NCBI RefSeq assembly: GCF_000002865.3
Contig: NW_001865048.1
Span: 770,098-834,097, forward strand
Source of the DNA: Monosiga brevicollis MX1
Lineage: Eukaryota
Direction of reading: 5' to 3'
DNA: 64,000 nt
Shown: positions 14,756-26,800 of the stretch, in pieces
How the letters are laid out: each line of letters starts with the position of its first letter
Numbering within the stretch: the stretch's first letter is position 1
Made by a program: the position numbers and the translations under genes
Notes under the pieces: generated by a model
Seen by the model: only the letters and a program-made list of their open reading frames with translations
Told to the model about the DNA's origin: nothing
Database searches by the model: none

Positions 14756-16159
14756 TTAGGCAGCAGGGGACTCTGGCTTGGCACCAGCCGGGACCTCGGG
14801 CAAGGGACCAAAGGCGTACTCGCCAGACTCGATCAGCTTGGCCACATCTGTTTGATCCAGGCGCAGCATCTCCCGCCGCACGTACTCGACCATCACGGCC
14901 AGCTTTTGACCATCCACGTCAGCCCGAGCGTCATGAAACATGTTGCTGCGAGACAGGGCCGCCACAGACATCAGCATTCGGCGCATGCTTGCATCAGCTG
15001 TGGCAACAACCGGAAAGAGCAACGTACCGCCACAACGCCGCCGCCAATGTCATGTCATCACCAGCAACACCCTCGTCGTAAGCAAAAATGAGGCCGTAGA
15101 ACATGGAAAAGAGTTCGCGAAGCGACTCTTGCTGAATTGTGCGATCATCCACCTAGCTCATGCCAAAGGCACAACAAGCAAACAGATGGTCATAAGAATG
15201 AGCACCTGCAATGATCAGATGAAGGAAAAGTACAGTGTAGGGGAAACTCACGCCCATGATACGCATGCGATGGTCCACATCCTCCCAAAAAAGAGTGACC
15301 ATTTGTTTGTACACAAAGGGCCCATCCCCGCCCGCTTGCTTCAACCGCACCTGTTACCCCCAAGGAGAAAAACCAAAAAAAATAAAAATTGAGCATGGCG
15401 AGAAGGCAAACAGCACGTAGCAGCGGTGCTGGTTGGTGCTGGGTTGGTGTTGAGTGGTAAGTGTTTGAATCCGACGGAGGCCAAAATACGAGAAGTGGCA
15501 ATCCACTCTGGAGGCCGACTTGAGGTGGTGCGATGTACCGGGTCTCGGCAGCGAAATACACACCAAGAAGAAATAAAGATGCAGCTGCGTGATCAAGTAC
15601 CATGACTGAAAGGTGTCTGGGAGATCACAGACGCGATAAAAGTGTGGATGTAGCGAGCGCTCAGCGCAAATGGAATACAATTCCTTGGCGTTTCTCATTT
15701 GGACCTACAACAAACCCGGCATAATGAGGACTCAAGCGTTGATGGACAGGGAAAGGCGAGAGAAGCACAAGGGCGCCCTTGACAATTGACCTGTTTCTTG
15801 GTATAAAAGCCGCCCAACCAGCCCATGCTCTGGACAATGCGGTCGGCCCAGTTGGGCTGGGGCTCTGTTGCCGCCGCCTCTTTGCCATTATCCGACGTTG
15901 TGGTCGGCGTGGCCGCGGATTGCTACAGGTCATTGTTCAGCACGATGAACCATGGCACGACACAGAACAGAGGTCTAGCGTGCAATACATGCCGTAGCCT
16001 TACCGCCGCCCATCGTCGACAGCCAGCGGGGCCTTTGCCCAAAGGATGGCGCAGCATCTGAACACGAGCTTCAACCCCACGCGCCATGGCTGCACGCACT
16101 CCCCTGGCCGCCACGCCACGCGTTGCCGTAGCAGCCATGAGACTCAAAGCTGCTGCCAT
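14756..16159 (-). CDS. UQCC1: Ubiquinol-cytochrome c reductase complex assembly factor 1 (Cbp3 homolog), mitochondrial; multi-exon
   Basis: LPDTFQSWYLITQLHL, LFWEDVDHRMR, AYDEGVAGDDMTLAAALWR, YVRREM. Arg/Ala-rich N-terminus resembles a mitochondrial presequence. Confidence 0.9.
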
Positions 16160-16349
16160 CCTCACTCAAGTGCAATCAATCCACACGTGCACCAATCACC
16201 CCGCCCTCGCTGCTGCCCCCACTCTGGATTGATCGGCGCGCTGTCTCTTGACGTCGTTCCAACAGCCAGCGCGAAAGAAAAAAAAAATGTTGCAGTCTCG
16301 TGCTTCATGAGCGGTAGTGTGCTTTTTGATACACTTGAACTTGAAGTTG

Positions 16350-16552
16350 CTCTCTCAAACTCTCTCTCTCTCAAACTCTCTCTCTCTCTCAAACTCTCTC
16401 AACTCTTCTCTCTCAAACTCTTGACTCTCTCTCTCTCAAACTCTCTCAAACTCTCTCAAACTCTCTCAAACTCTCAAAACTCTCACAAAACTCTCTCAAA
16501 ACTCTCTCAAAACTCTCTCAAACTCAAAACTCTCTCAAACTCTCTCTCTCTC
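16350..16552. repeat. (CT)nCAAA microsatellite in a divergent intergenic region
   Basis: Repeated ctctctcaaa between starts at 16159(-) and 16820(+). Confidence 0.95.
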
Positions 16553-16819
16553 TGTGCAATGCTCGAAAGAGATTTGTGGTGTTGAACAAGATCTGAAAAA
16601 AGTCCATGACAGTGGGGTTGAGGGCCGGAAGGAGGGCGAGTCTCTGGCCTTGTTTGTAGCAGATGAACGTGTTGACGGGAGACGGGAGGGCTGTTTAGGG
16701 TAGAGGCTTATGGATTAGAGAAACGGAGGCTTTCCTGGTGGTGTTGGGCCAGTGGCCAGGCGTGGCAAGGCCCTGAGAATCTCGTGGCTCGTTGGCACGA
16801 CATGCATGCATCCAGGGCA

Positions 16820-19800
16820 ATGGCGCTCCTCCTGCTGTTGGGCCTCGTCTTGGGGGCTCGTACCGATGAGGACTTTGCCGCCAACATTATCAACAACCTG
16901 CAGCGCCCATCTGTGCGTTGGAAGATATCAGCTGACCATGGCAATGACGCTGCTGCCTCACGACACTGCGAGCCCTGATCTTGTCTCACTCGGCTGCATG
17001 CCTGCGGATAAGCGCAGACAATCAATGACGCGTCGGCACCTGCCAATCCTACTGCACTTGCCTACCAAAGGTGGGTCTGCCTCGCTCTGTCTGAACCCAT
17101 GCATGGACGCTGTCAGCAAATGGTGTACTGCAATCGTGCTTCGACAGCGTGGGGGCGAGCCCCATGGCGATCGCGCCAAATGCTTTTCAAGAACTCTATG
17201 CCGACAATCGCGACCTTTGGGGTGACTGTTCTCCAGAGGTATGTGGCCGTCTCATGATGGTCCCCCTGAGCCAAAGTCACCTCCTCCGTTTCATCATTTC
17301 AGCCCAACCGCTCTCATCTCAGCTGCCCCCGGGCCCCCTCCCGATCTTGCCAGGATGCCTATGTCAACTACATGCGTTCGCAGTCAGGCAATGTAGACTC
17401 GGCGCGACTCCTGATGGAATTCTCAATGGTACCCTCGGTCAAAACCATGGGATCTGATCTTCACACAGCAGCGGCGCGTGGCGACGAAGAGGCGCTGATG
17501 GCCCTCCTTGACGTTGAAACCGGCAGCAGCCTGGTCGACCCCGTCAAGATGGATGGCACCACGCCTCTCCTTACAGCAGGTTTGGACCTGGCCCGACTTG
17601 CCCTTGTAGGACATGCTTAACTGCATCTCGCTCACGCTGCGCAAACACGCAACCCTTTGTTCATGTCCTTTTGTTCAGCCATGCTGGGTCAATCACGGAC
17701 CGTGGAACTCTTGTTGGAGCAAGGTGCCGATCCCGAGAAAGGTCAGTCGACCATCCTGTCTGCTAACCAGCCGCTCTACCGCACGCACAGCTTGGTTTCT
17801 GCTGGATGCTTAAGCCATGTTGACCCTGTTTGACGATTTTTACACATTCATCCTTAGTTGGCATGAATGGAGCCACGCCCCTTATGGTGGCAGCCAGCAT
17901 GGGCCATGTGTCCGTCCTGGAGCTGTTGCTCAACCATGGTGCCAATCCCAATACCAAGCACAAATTTGCTGGTTCAACAGCGCTGCATTTTGCCGTTGAG
18001 ATGGGCCAGGTTTGTGGTGATTCTGATTGAATTGAGCCATTCCCTCGTGCTCTAGCTTTCCTCCGCGCAGTCAATGCCAGACGTTTGAGCTGAAATGTCC
18101 AAACCCCTTGCTAAATTTGAATTGCTGACCCAGATTGGGGCCATTGAGCTTCTCTGTCGCAAAGGCGCTGATCCTGAAAGCGTGAAGAGCAATGGAGGCC
18201 GACCTCTGCACGTGGCCGCGGACGCCAATCAATCAGCTGCTACACGCACCCTCATCAAGGTTCGAGGCCCAACGGGGCCCATACCTGTCCGCTGGCAAAT
18301 TCACTTCCGCTTGGTGTCTCATGGTAGCTACTCGGTGACCGAATGCTCGCCTACGCAGATTTGCCATGCCGATGTCAACGCACTGCTCCTCGGAGACACC
18401 ACCGCCATGTACCTCGCCGGTGCGCGCGCATGCCAAGCACCGTGATCTTTGTACCAATCGCCCTGCTGTGTCTGACATCGCATGCTCGAATAGCTCAAAA
18501 AGGGTTTACAGCAGTTGTGCAAGAACTGCTGGCCAGTGGCGCCAACCAAAATTTTGCTATGCCCGAATCGGCTGACACGCGAGCTTTGGCTATACCATCG
18601 AGCGAGTCGGTCGTGGGCGCAACCGATACGCCAAAATCATCCGATGAGGAGGAGGAGCTCTTTCGATGGTCCCGTCAATTTCTCCAGCAAGGCTCTGGTA
18701 TGTCTGAAGCCCACTCCAAGTTCCCCAAGACCACAGCTCCCAACACCGCTCGTCCTCGTGCAGCTCCTTACTATCTTTGTCCCACGGCTACGACGTCAAA
18801 CTGCAGATCCATCTGCTGCGGGGTACGAGGCAGGCAATGGTGCTACAAGCTTGCACGCTGCCGTCGAAAATGGCCATCTAGAGGTTGGTGCGCTGTCTTA
18901 ACACGGATGCACATTCCCCATACCATTCCAGAAGCAGCTTGCTCGGCTGAGTAGAGGGGACTCATTTTTTAACGGATTTCATACGCCCGCTGTCATACGC
19001 CCCCGTGGCTGCACCGTTCAGACTGTCAAGCTACTTCTGGAACACGGCGTTCAACAGACCAACTCGATGGAAGGCGCAACACCACTTTGGACCGCTGTTG
19101 GTGTGTGGACAGTCTTTGTCATGGTGTCGCTTGGCCTGTGTCTTTCATACTGTCGTACATGATGCTGATGTGCTACATTCACCAAAACCGCATGTTATAG
19201 AATACAATCGGCCAGAAATAGCCCGGCTTTTGCTCAGCCATGGCGGAGACCCCAATGTCCCCATGAAGGGTAGCGGCAACAATGCTCTCTGGCGAGCACT
19301 CATCGCCCGTCGGCTTGAAGTGTGTCATGCAAAAATGCAGGCATTCTGGTCGACATGATAGACAAGCTCCTTCATCCAACAGCAGCAGCTCTTGTGTTTG
19401 AACTCATCCCTGACCTGCACCCTCTCGACCTCAGCTTGCCGCCATCTTGCTCGAAGGTGGTGCCGATGCGAATCAACCAAACTTTGAAGGCTGGAGCGCG
19501 ATGTACTTTGCCTGCAGCCTGGGGTGGACGCAGGCCATGCAGCTACTTATGCGGTATGCCCGTCGTACAATGCGCAGGCCTGCCGGTGTTTTTGTTGTCA
19601 TTGTTTGGCTGTTGGGCGTTGTGGCTCCGAATTTGTCATTGCAGGCATATACTTGATTCGGAATTTGGCACGCACGCGCAGATTCGGTGGCAACCCGTTT
19701 GCACCGGCTCGGGACAACTCGACCTGCTTGCACATTGCAGCCGAACAGGGCCACATGGCCATTATTACCGGTCTACTAACGCTGCAGCCCGCGCTGGGCA

Positions 19801-21109
19801 TGGAAGCAGTTGGCGCTGACCAACAGGTGGGCCACTAATATTCTCTGTGTGTCGCATTTTATGTGTGATACTTTACTCTTGTGTCGCGGAACTTCAAGAC
19901 TGATCGGCGCTTGTGGCATAGACCATGTTGCACTACGCATGTCGAGGGAATCGCGTTGATGTTGCTCGCTACCTGCTTGAGCGGAATGCCCAAGTGGAAG
20001 CCCGCGTGGCAAGCTCCGGAGCCACCCCCTTGATGCTTGCTGCTCATCATGGTAGTGCTGCGCTGGTATGTAGTTGGACCAAAGTTTTACACCCGTTGCT
20101 CAAAGGACCCTTCCGATTACAACCTCATTTCAGCGTTCAATGTCTAGGTCAAGCTGTTGTTGGATGCTGGTGCTGACGTCAATGCCACCTGCAACTCACA
20201 ATTTTATCGAACCACTGCCTTGTACATGGCCGCTCGCCGTGGCCAGTGAGTCGCTCCAGCCCCCAGCAACTTGGGCTGCTGCTTGAACTGTCTTTCTGAA
20301 TGCCTCCACGAGTGCTCAAAGGCTTGGACAACCTCTTTACCCTTTGCAGCTTCGACATCGTTCAGCTACTGCTCCAATCCGGGGCGGCGATTCACATGCG
20401 ATTGACAACGGGAACTTCACCACTCTTTGTGGCCGTGGAGAGTCGCAGCCTGCAGGTGATGCGTCTGCTCCTTGAAAAGGGGATCCGCGTAAATTTACGT
20501 GATACCAAGGGCGCGAGTGCTCTCCACCTTGCTGTCAAGGTGAGTGCGATTCGGGCTTTTGGGACCCAGTGACCAATCGTTTGTATGGCCGTTGAGCTGA
20601 CCAGATCATTCACTCGTGTTTTCATTCGCCTGACCGGGCTTCAGACCAATCAAACGACGGCTGTCGACCTGCTTCTGCAGCATGGTAAGTGGCACAGCAT
20701 AGGCCTGTCCTCTCATCCATCCGTCATGAATTGCTAACGCATACGACTCTGTTTCCCCGGGCAGGTGCTGATCCCACCGCGCGCGCTCGAGACGGCGATA
20801 GCCCCATCCATATGGCCTATGCCAACCGCAACTACAAAGGTGAGTTGTGACTCGTGTTTGTCAGGCACCACGGCATACAAAACCGTGCATAATCGGGGAT
20901 TTGACACTAACAATGTCACGCTTGGGCACTGATACCCCTACCCGACTGTGTGGGCGCTAGCCGTGTCTCTGTTATTAGAACATGGCGCTAGTCCCAATGC
21001 TGTTGGAACGCATGGCCGAACCCTGCACGAACTTGCAGAACTTAATCGTGATTTTGCGCTCATCAAGCTCTTGGGCCACCATGAAACCTCATCACATTCC
21101 GAATTGTAG
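16820..21109 (+). CDS. Long ankyrin-repeat protein with signal peptide and C-terminal HSEL; many exons
   Basis: MALLLLLGLVLGARTDE start. More than 12 ankyrin motifs (GTTPLLTA, GATPLMVAASMGH, GSTALHFAVEMG, GRPLHVAA, TSLHAAVENGH, GATPLMLAAHHG, GTSPLFVAVE). Last exon ends LGHHETSSHSEL*. Confidence 0.85.
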
Positions 21110-21448
21110 CACGTCCTCTCTCTTTCAGTTTCGAGTTTGCTTGAGTAAATTTCGAAATGGAGCCTGGGATGGGAGGAAAAAACCTGTTCTTATGGGAACT
21201 GCCGAAAACAAAGTTAAATTCAGAGCAAATCTTGAAATGTGATGAATTTTTTTAGCATGAGCTGTTTGTTAACAAGCTTTCTTAAAGCTTGGATGCGCAC
21301 GAACAAGCCCTTGTAGGCTCAATGGATGAACCTGTGCTTATCCCTTACACCTGTGGCCTGACCATTGAGCACACACCAAGTTATTTGAGCCCAGGTTTTT
21401 AAGTTTTTTAAAGGTGAGAACATTGAGGAAAAAAACAAAAAAAAACAA

Positions 21449-21717
21449 AAAAGCTCAAAACGAATAGCTGCCTTGCTTTGAGATGCAGCCCACATCACCA
21501 GCTCAGTACCCAAGAAGATTCAATTAAAAAGATATAGATAGCATGGGAGAGCTCTCTTGGTCAAAGCTCGGTAACAAACAGTGCTATGTACATGATGACT
21601 CGGTCGTAATCGGGGACGAAAAAGGCAGGACCATCATCCCTATGTTGAATCATATCACACGTGCACTTCGGCTCGTCTGGATTTCCTTCAGGCTGCCGAC
21701 TCCACAGGTAACGGATG
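21449..21717. repeat. Direct repeat copy A (diverged copy of 23513-23818)
   Basis: Shares gctgccttgctttgagatgcagcccacatcaccagctcag...ggcaggaccatcatccc...ttcaggctgccgactccacaggtaacggatg with copy B, with scattered substitutions and an indel. Confidence 0.95.
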
Positions 21718-21719
21718 GT

Positions 21720-23510
21720 GCTCGACGAGCAATGAGTCACGAACAGGGCCTTAACCCATGTCGATCTGCTGAGGTGCTGATAACCTTGCTCGAAAGTTGG
21801 AGAGCGTAGTAGAGGAGTCCTGTTGCAGAATCAAGCTTCGTCTGAATCGAATACCAAGGCGCCCACGCCTAGGTGGTTTGCTGTTGGGGTCGGCATGGCC
21901 TGCCAGTCAGGATCTGCCCGGTAACCCTCCACTAGCTGGGGGTAGAGGTGCCAGGGTCCAATACGTCTGGAGGCCAAGCACGAATTTGATGCTAACAAGA
22001 GGTCGCTGGAAAGTTGGAGCATGGTTGTGCTGCCTGCGATGGCACGCCTTCTGGGTTGGGGACCGGGTAAGTAGAAGATGCAGGCTCCCCGACCCCGGGC
22101 CCTAGTTTTTTGGGCACGCCTTGCTCTGGTGGTCGTCGGCGAAGCAGTGGTAGCAAAGACGATGTTTTCGAGCAAAGTTGTATCGAGCTTGCTTGTCGCT
22201 TTTGTCGAGCTGGGTGAACTCTTCAGAATTGCGGAGCTTGGCTGGAATACGGAGAGCTGGACGGCTGCGGGAGCTGGCGGCACGCTTGCTAGCCGGCTTG
22301 GGTCCGGAGGCCGAGCTAGTCGTCGGCCCCTTGGGCGCCGTCCGGTTGCTTGGCACGCTGAAAAGAATATCACGAGTCGGGACGTAACCATCGAGAGCTT
22401 CTGCCACGACTTTAGCCAAAGTCGACGCCGAACCAGATGTAGCCTGGTGTGCCGCAGTGGCGAGGCGCTCCACCAGTCGACTGCAATTGCACTGGCGCTG
22501 GAGCTTGCACAGCATCAGGACCTTGGTCAGCATGGTGTATTCAAGCGGTTCGTGCTGAAACATGCAATCCACCGCCTGTACCCACTCATCGAATTCATCG
22601 AGTCGAGTAAAATTGCTCGTCGAAGCGTCCAACATTCGGGCCAGGGCGGCGACGCCCAAGTGAAAGCCAAACTGTTTGCGCAGGTGGGCTCGAGCCTCTT
22701 CCAAGGACGTTGGGGTTGTGTCCGGACTTGCAAAGCCGCGGTTCAGGGTACTCTCGAGGAAGGGTACCATGACATTGTCCCAAAGAGGGTACCAGGCCGT
22801 TGCTAGGTCTGTCTTGAGCCGGTGGCCCATGAGCATGGTCACGGCAATGTAGGCCGAGAAATAGGGATCAAAGCCAAAAGTCTGCAGGCGTTGCGACTTC
22901 TTCTGGACTTTAGTTCGGAGGCCCTCAATCACGTGCGCGGCAAGCGGAGCCGTTGTGGTCGATGGGTCATGAACAGGTTCCGCGGCAGATTCCGTATCAG
23001 GTTTCGTGTCAGGTTTCGTGTCAGGTTTCGTGTCAGGCTCCTCCAATATTCCTTTGCCAAGGCACCGAATTGGCTGGTGGGTGTGCATGACGATGTTGAC
23101 CAGCGCAAGGAATGGGAAGGGCGGTCGGGCGATCGAAGTTTTCAATCACTACCATTTCAGGCTCCAGGGCGCCTGGAGGCCAGTTTTGGGTTGCGAGGAA
23201 GCGCGTAGGTTTGAGGAAGCGTTTCGAGAGCCGTCCGTCGCTCCGTCCCGAAAGCTTTGATGGTGTCTTGAGGTCAGTTGAACCAGCTGCGATCGGCAAG
23301 CATTCACAATGACCAGACCAGGCTGTAGAGCCGAGGATAGGGAAAGTGCAACCCACGACCGCAAAGAGAGAACAGTAGTCACAAGCTTATCGCCCCAAGG
23401 CAGGTGCCAGGGATCGCGGGGTCTTAGTGGGGTTCACACGTTTCCGTTTCGACGAACGCTGGGTGTGTGCGAAAGCAGTGGGAGTGCTCAAATGCGTGGA
23501 AGGAGCGCAA
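21720..23510 (-). mobile_element. Decayed/internally deleted LTR-retrotransposon-like (Ty3/gypsy-like) segment: gag ORF plus pol remnants
   Basis: Intronless gag-like ORF. Downstream frameshifted fragments QRPLVSIKF (protease-like start), LVEGYRADPDW and TGLLYY (pre-integrase linker-like). No RT or integrase core found. Confidence 0.6.
22102..23145 (-). CDS. Gag-like protein with C-terminal CCHC zinc knuckle
   Basis: 347-aa uninterrupted ORF ending RLCYHCFADDHQSKACPKN* (CX2CX4HX4C); start codon uncertain. Confidence 0.75.
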   Translation of the reverse strand: MKTSIARPPFPFLALVNIVMHTHQPIRCLGKGILEEPDTKPDTKPDTKPDTESAAEPVHDPSTTTAPLAAHVIEGLRTKVQKKSQRLQTFGFDPYFSAYIAVTMLMGHRLKTDLATAWYPLWDNVMVPFLESTLNRGFASPDTTPTSLEEARAHLRKQFGFHLGVAALARMLDASTSNFTRLDEFDEWVQAVDCMFQHEPLEYTMLTKVLMLCKLQRQCNCSRLVERLATAAHQATSGSASTLAKVVAEALDGYVPTRDILFSVPSNRTAPKGPTTSSASGPKPASKRAASSRSRPALRIPAKLRNSEEFTQLDKSDKQARYNFARKHRLCYHCFADDHQSKACPKN

Positions 23511-23512
23511 AC

Positions 23513-23818
23513 AAAAGCTCAAAATGAAAAGCTGCCTTGCTTTGAGATGCAGCCCACATCACCAGCTCAGAACCCAAGAAGATTCAATTAAAAAGATATA
23601 GATAGCATGGGAGAGCTCTCTTGGTCAAAGCTCGAGAACAAACAGTTCCTATGTTCATGGCGACTCGGTCGTAATTGGGGACGAGAAAGGCAGGACCATC
23701 ATCCCCACATATATGCTAGAATCATGTGGCCTCATTTTTAACGGTAAAAGGGGTTCACACGTGTACTTTTGGCTCGTCGGGATCTCGTTCAGGCTGCCGA
23801 CTCCACAGGTAACGGATG
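23513..23818. repeat. Direct repeat copy B; overlaps the last codons, stop and 3' flank of the receptor gene
   Basis: Matches 21449-21717 and contains the HPLPVESAA* stop at 23789. Confidence 0.95.
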
Positions 23819-26800
23819 TGACAAGGAAAGCTTTTTGAGCAAGGGCGGTTGGAGCTGCAGTAAGGCTGCGGCTGCTTCCATGGTACGGCGCCGTGGCTGC
23901 AGACGGTGTCCGTTCACAGTCACGAATCCATCCGTGTCTTTATCCAACAAGTGGTGCACTACATTATGACTTCGCAACAGAGACAAAGCATATGATTGGC
24001 CCTGGCGATGCCGCACCAACCAGGTTCCCTCTTGGTCAGCTTGAGAGAGGCGTGCCTCGGTCTCTTCACGCGAAATCTTTCCGTGAAACCATGGTTGTGC
24101 AGTCAAGGCTTGATGTTCGCGCACACAGCTGGGAAGATCTTCGACAAGCCAGCGCTCAGAGCGCAAGGGGGCCAGACAAGCGCGTCCAGGCTCGCGTTGC
24201 AGGCGCAATAGCACCTGGCTCAGGGTTTGGGCCCCCGGTATAGGGTTTTGATTAAAGCGCAACTCACCACCCTGCTCATCCAACACATAGTGGGCAACTT
24301 TTGCATCGCGAACGAGCACCGATGCCACGAAAGTGTCATTGTTCGTACTATGGCGCAAGAAATAAGAGCCAACAGGCCGGTCGAGCAACATGCGCTCCAC
24401 TTTTTCGCGAGGAAGGTCTTCCACATATGTGGGATGAGCCTGCACTTGAACAGCGAGCGGAATCTCGCGATCAGTAAAGCCATACACCTCTTCTTCAACG
24501 TCCAAGGTCTTGCTTGCCCCTGATGCCATCTGTACAGGTCCTGACTTGAAAACGCCGTACTCAGCATTGGCGTCAAGGTCATTCTCACCAGAAATAACCT
24601 CCGGTACTGTTCGAGGAAGTGAGCTGGGGACATCGTAGGTGTCTGTTGATGAATCCTCGCGTGGTGCCAAATTTGAGTGTGGAGCATCAGGAACGGCATA
24701 GGCCACCTCGAAATACGCTCTGCGACGTATACCCTCGTTTGGCTCCGAGTAATCAGTTGAAGCGGGTGGATCGGAGCTCAGCACAGCGTACGGCGTATCA
24801 TAGGTTGACTGGATGGAGAAATCATCGACAATGGAAGTGGCATGGCTGAAGGTTTGATGATGGGAGGCCACAGGCTGCTGATATCCATCGATATCTTGGG
24901 CTAGGGGCATGGACATGGCCGTCTGGTCTCGGGCATTGGGCGAATCATACAACTCCTGCTGCCCCAAGCCGCCGGGTTGCTGATAGCCCTCGCTATCTTG
25001 GGCAAGGGGCATGGTCATGGTCACGGGCATGCCGGTCTGGTCTTGGGCATTGGGCGAATCATACAACTCCTGCTGCCCCAAGCCACCGGGTTGCTGATAG
25101 CCCTCGCTATCTTGGGCAAGGGGCATGGTCATGGTCACGGGCATGCCGGTCTGGTCTTGGGCATTGGGCGAATCATACAACTCCTGCTGTCCCAAGCCAC
25201 CGGGTTGCTGATAGCCCTCGCTATCTTGGGCAAGGGGCATGGTCATGGTCACGGGCATGCCGGTCTGGTCTTGGGCATTGGGCAAATCATACAACTCCTG
25301 CTGCCCCAAGCCACCGGGTTGCTGATAGCCCTCGCTATCTTGGGCAAGGGGCATGGGCATGGCGGTCTGGTCTTGGGCATTGGGCGAGTCGTACAAGCCC
25401 CATGGCTCCTCATCAGAAGCTACCTCATCAAGGCTAAAAGTAAATAGGCGGTCGGTATCACTTTCCAACGAGTGCGCGCCGTTGCCCTGTTCAAGTCTCA
25501 TTCGTTGCTTGCCATGCTGCCGGTCGTTAGGACCAGCGCTGGCATCCTGATCATCGATTGTCTGATACATTTCAAGCGAACTCTTTCCCGACATACTAGG
25601 CCTGTAGGTCGGGTTGATCATCATCGCATGCGTTTGTGGCTCGATAGGGCCAAGAGGGGTTGCCAGTTTGGCGGGATTGGTTTGCTGGCGACGACGAACA
25701 AGCACCACGCTAAGAATGACTGCCAACAGAACAACTGGGATTGCAACTGCCATGGCAAGAGTTGTGGCTGCGAGGCCAGAGCTTGCCGCGGTCGATGTGT
25801 TGGCGACGTCTACATCAGCCACCTGCCCATTGGCGCTCAAGCGATCCCGCACACGCAAGACGTACGCTGTTGCCGGTAACCACGCCAACGTGTTCTGGTC
25901 TCGAACGCAAATATAAAAGTTTGTCATCTGCTCTGCAGCTAACCAGCGTCGCTGGAGCCGGCGGCGTTCGGTCGTCATGCTGACCAGTCGCCGGGTACCG
26001 GGCTCCACATTGAACATGGACGTGTCATGATCATCGGCTGCCACGCGCCCAACCACAAAGACGTACGGTTCTCGTAGCACGTTGCGTAGCATGGTTTCAA
26101 CTTCGACTGCAGTCGGCGCCGAAGCCAAGGGCAGGCTCATCGTCACCCGCACAAGGTTGGCGGCGTCTGGGCGGGAGAAAGGTTGCACAGTGAACAGCTG
26201 GACTGCCGTGGCCGTGTTTCCAAACTGATCACGACAGGTGTAGTTAACGGCATGGTCGCCTGGCGCTTCAACATCCACGTTGTTGAGTCCAGACACACGC
26301 ATATATACGGTAATGTTGCCGTCGTGGTTGTCCAAAGCCTCTGCCCAGCTCACGGGCACCCGGGTGCCGAAGATGATATCTGCTGCGTGAGGGTGGACTG
26401 AAATCACGGGGGCCACCTGATCTACAACTTTGACCCAGCGCGAGGCGCTGGCAGTGCGACCGGCCCCATCGGTCACGTCATATTGCACAAGGAGCTGCGT
26501 ATTCACGGGGAAGGCTGCAGCAATGGCGACAGACCAAGGAATGCCGCTGGCTTGCAGGCGTCCTTCTGCTTGCGCCTCACGTTGCGACACTATCCGATTC
26601 CAGCTTTGATTGGAAGCCGGTAAAAGTTCTCCCGGCTCGGCACCCGATGGCACCTGCTGCAGCAATTCTCCTTCAAAATTGTAAACGCTGATAAGGTAGC
26701 AGAGGTGGGCAGTCAAGTCACCGTCAAGCGCATCATTGGCCGTGGTATCATCAAAAAAGCGCGCGTACTCATCACCAAAATTGACGAGCTGGACATCGCC

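Noticed and set aside
22078..22806. 242-aa plus-strand ORF
   Set aside because: Antisense shadow of the gag ORF.
21449..23818. Direct repeats as canonical LTRs
   Set aside because: No TG...CA termini, PBS or polypurine tract seen, and they overlap host coding sequence.
24873..25398. CRISPR-like array
   Set aside because: Whole units repeat with no unique spacers; in-frame coding repeat in a eukaryotic gene.
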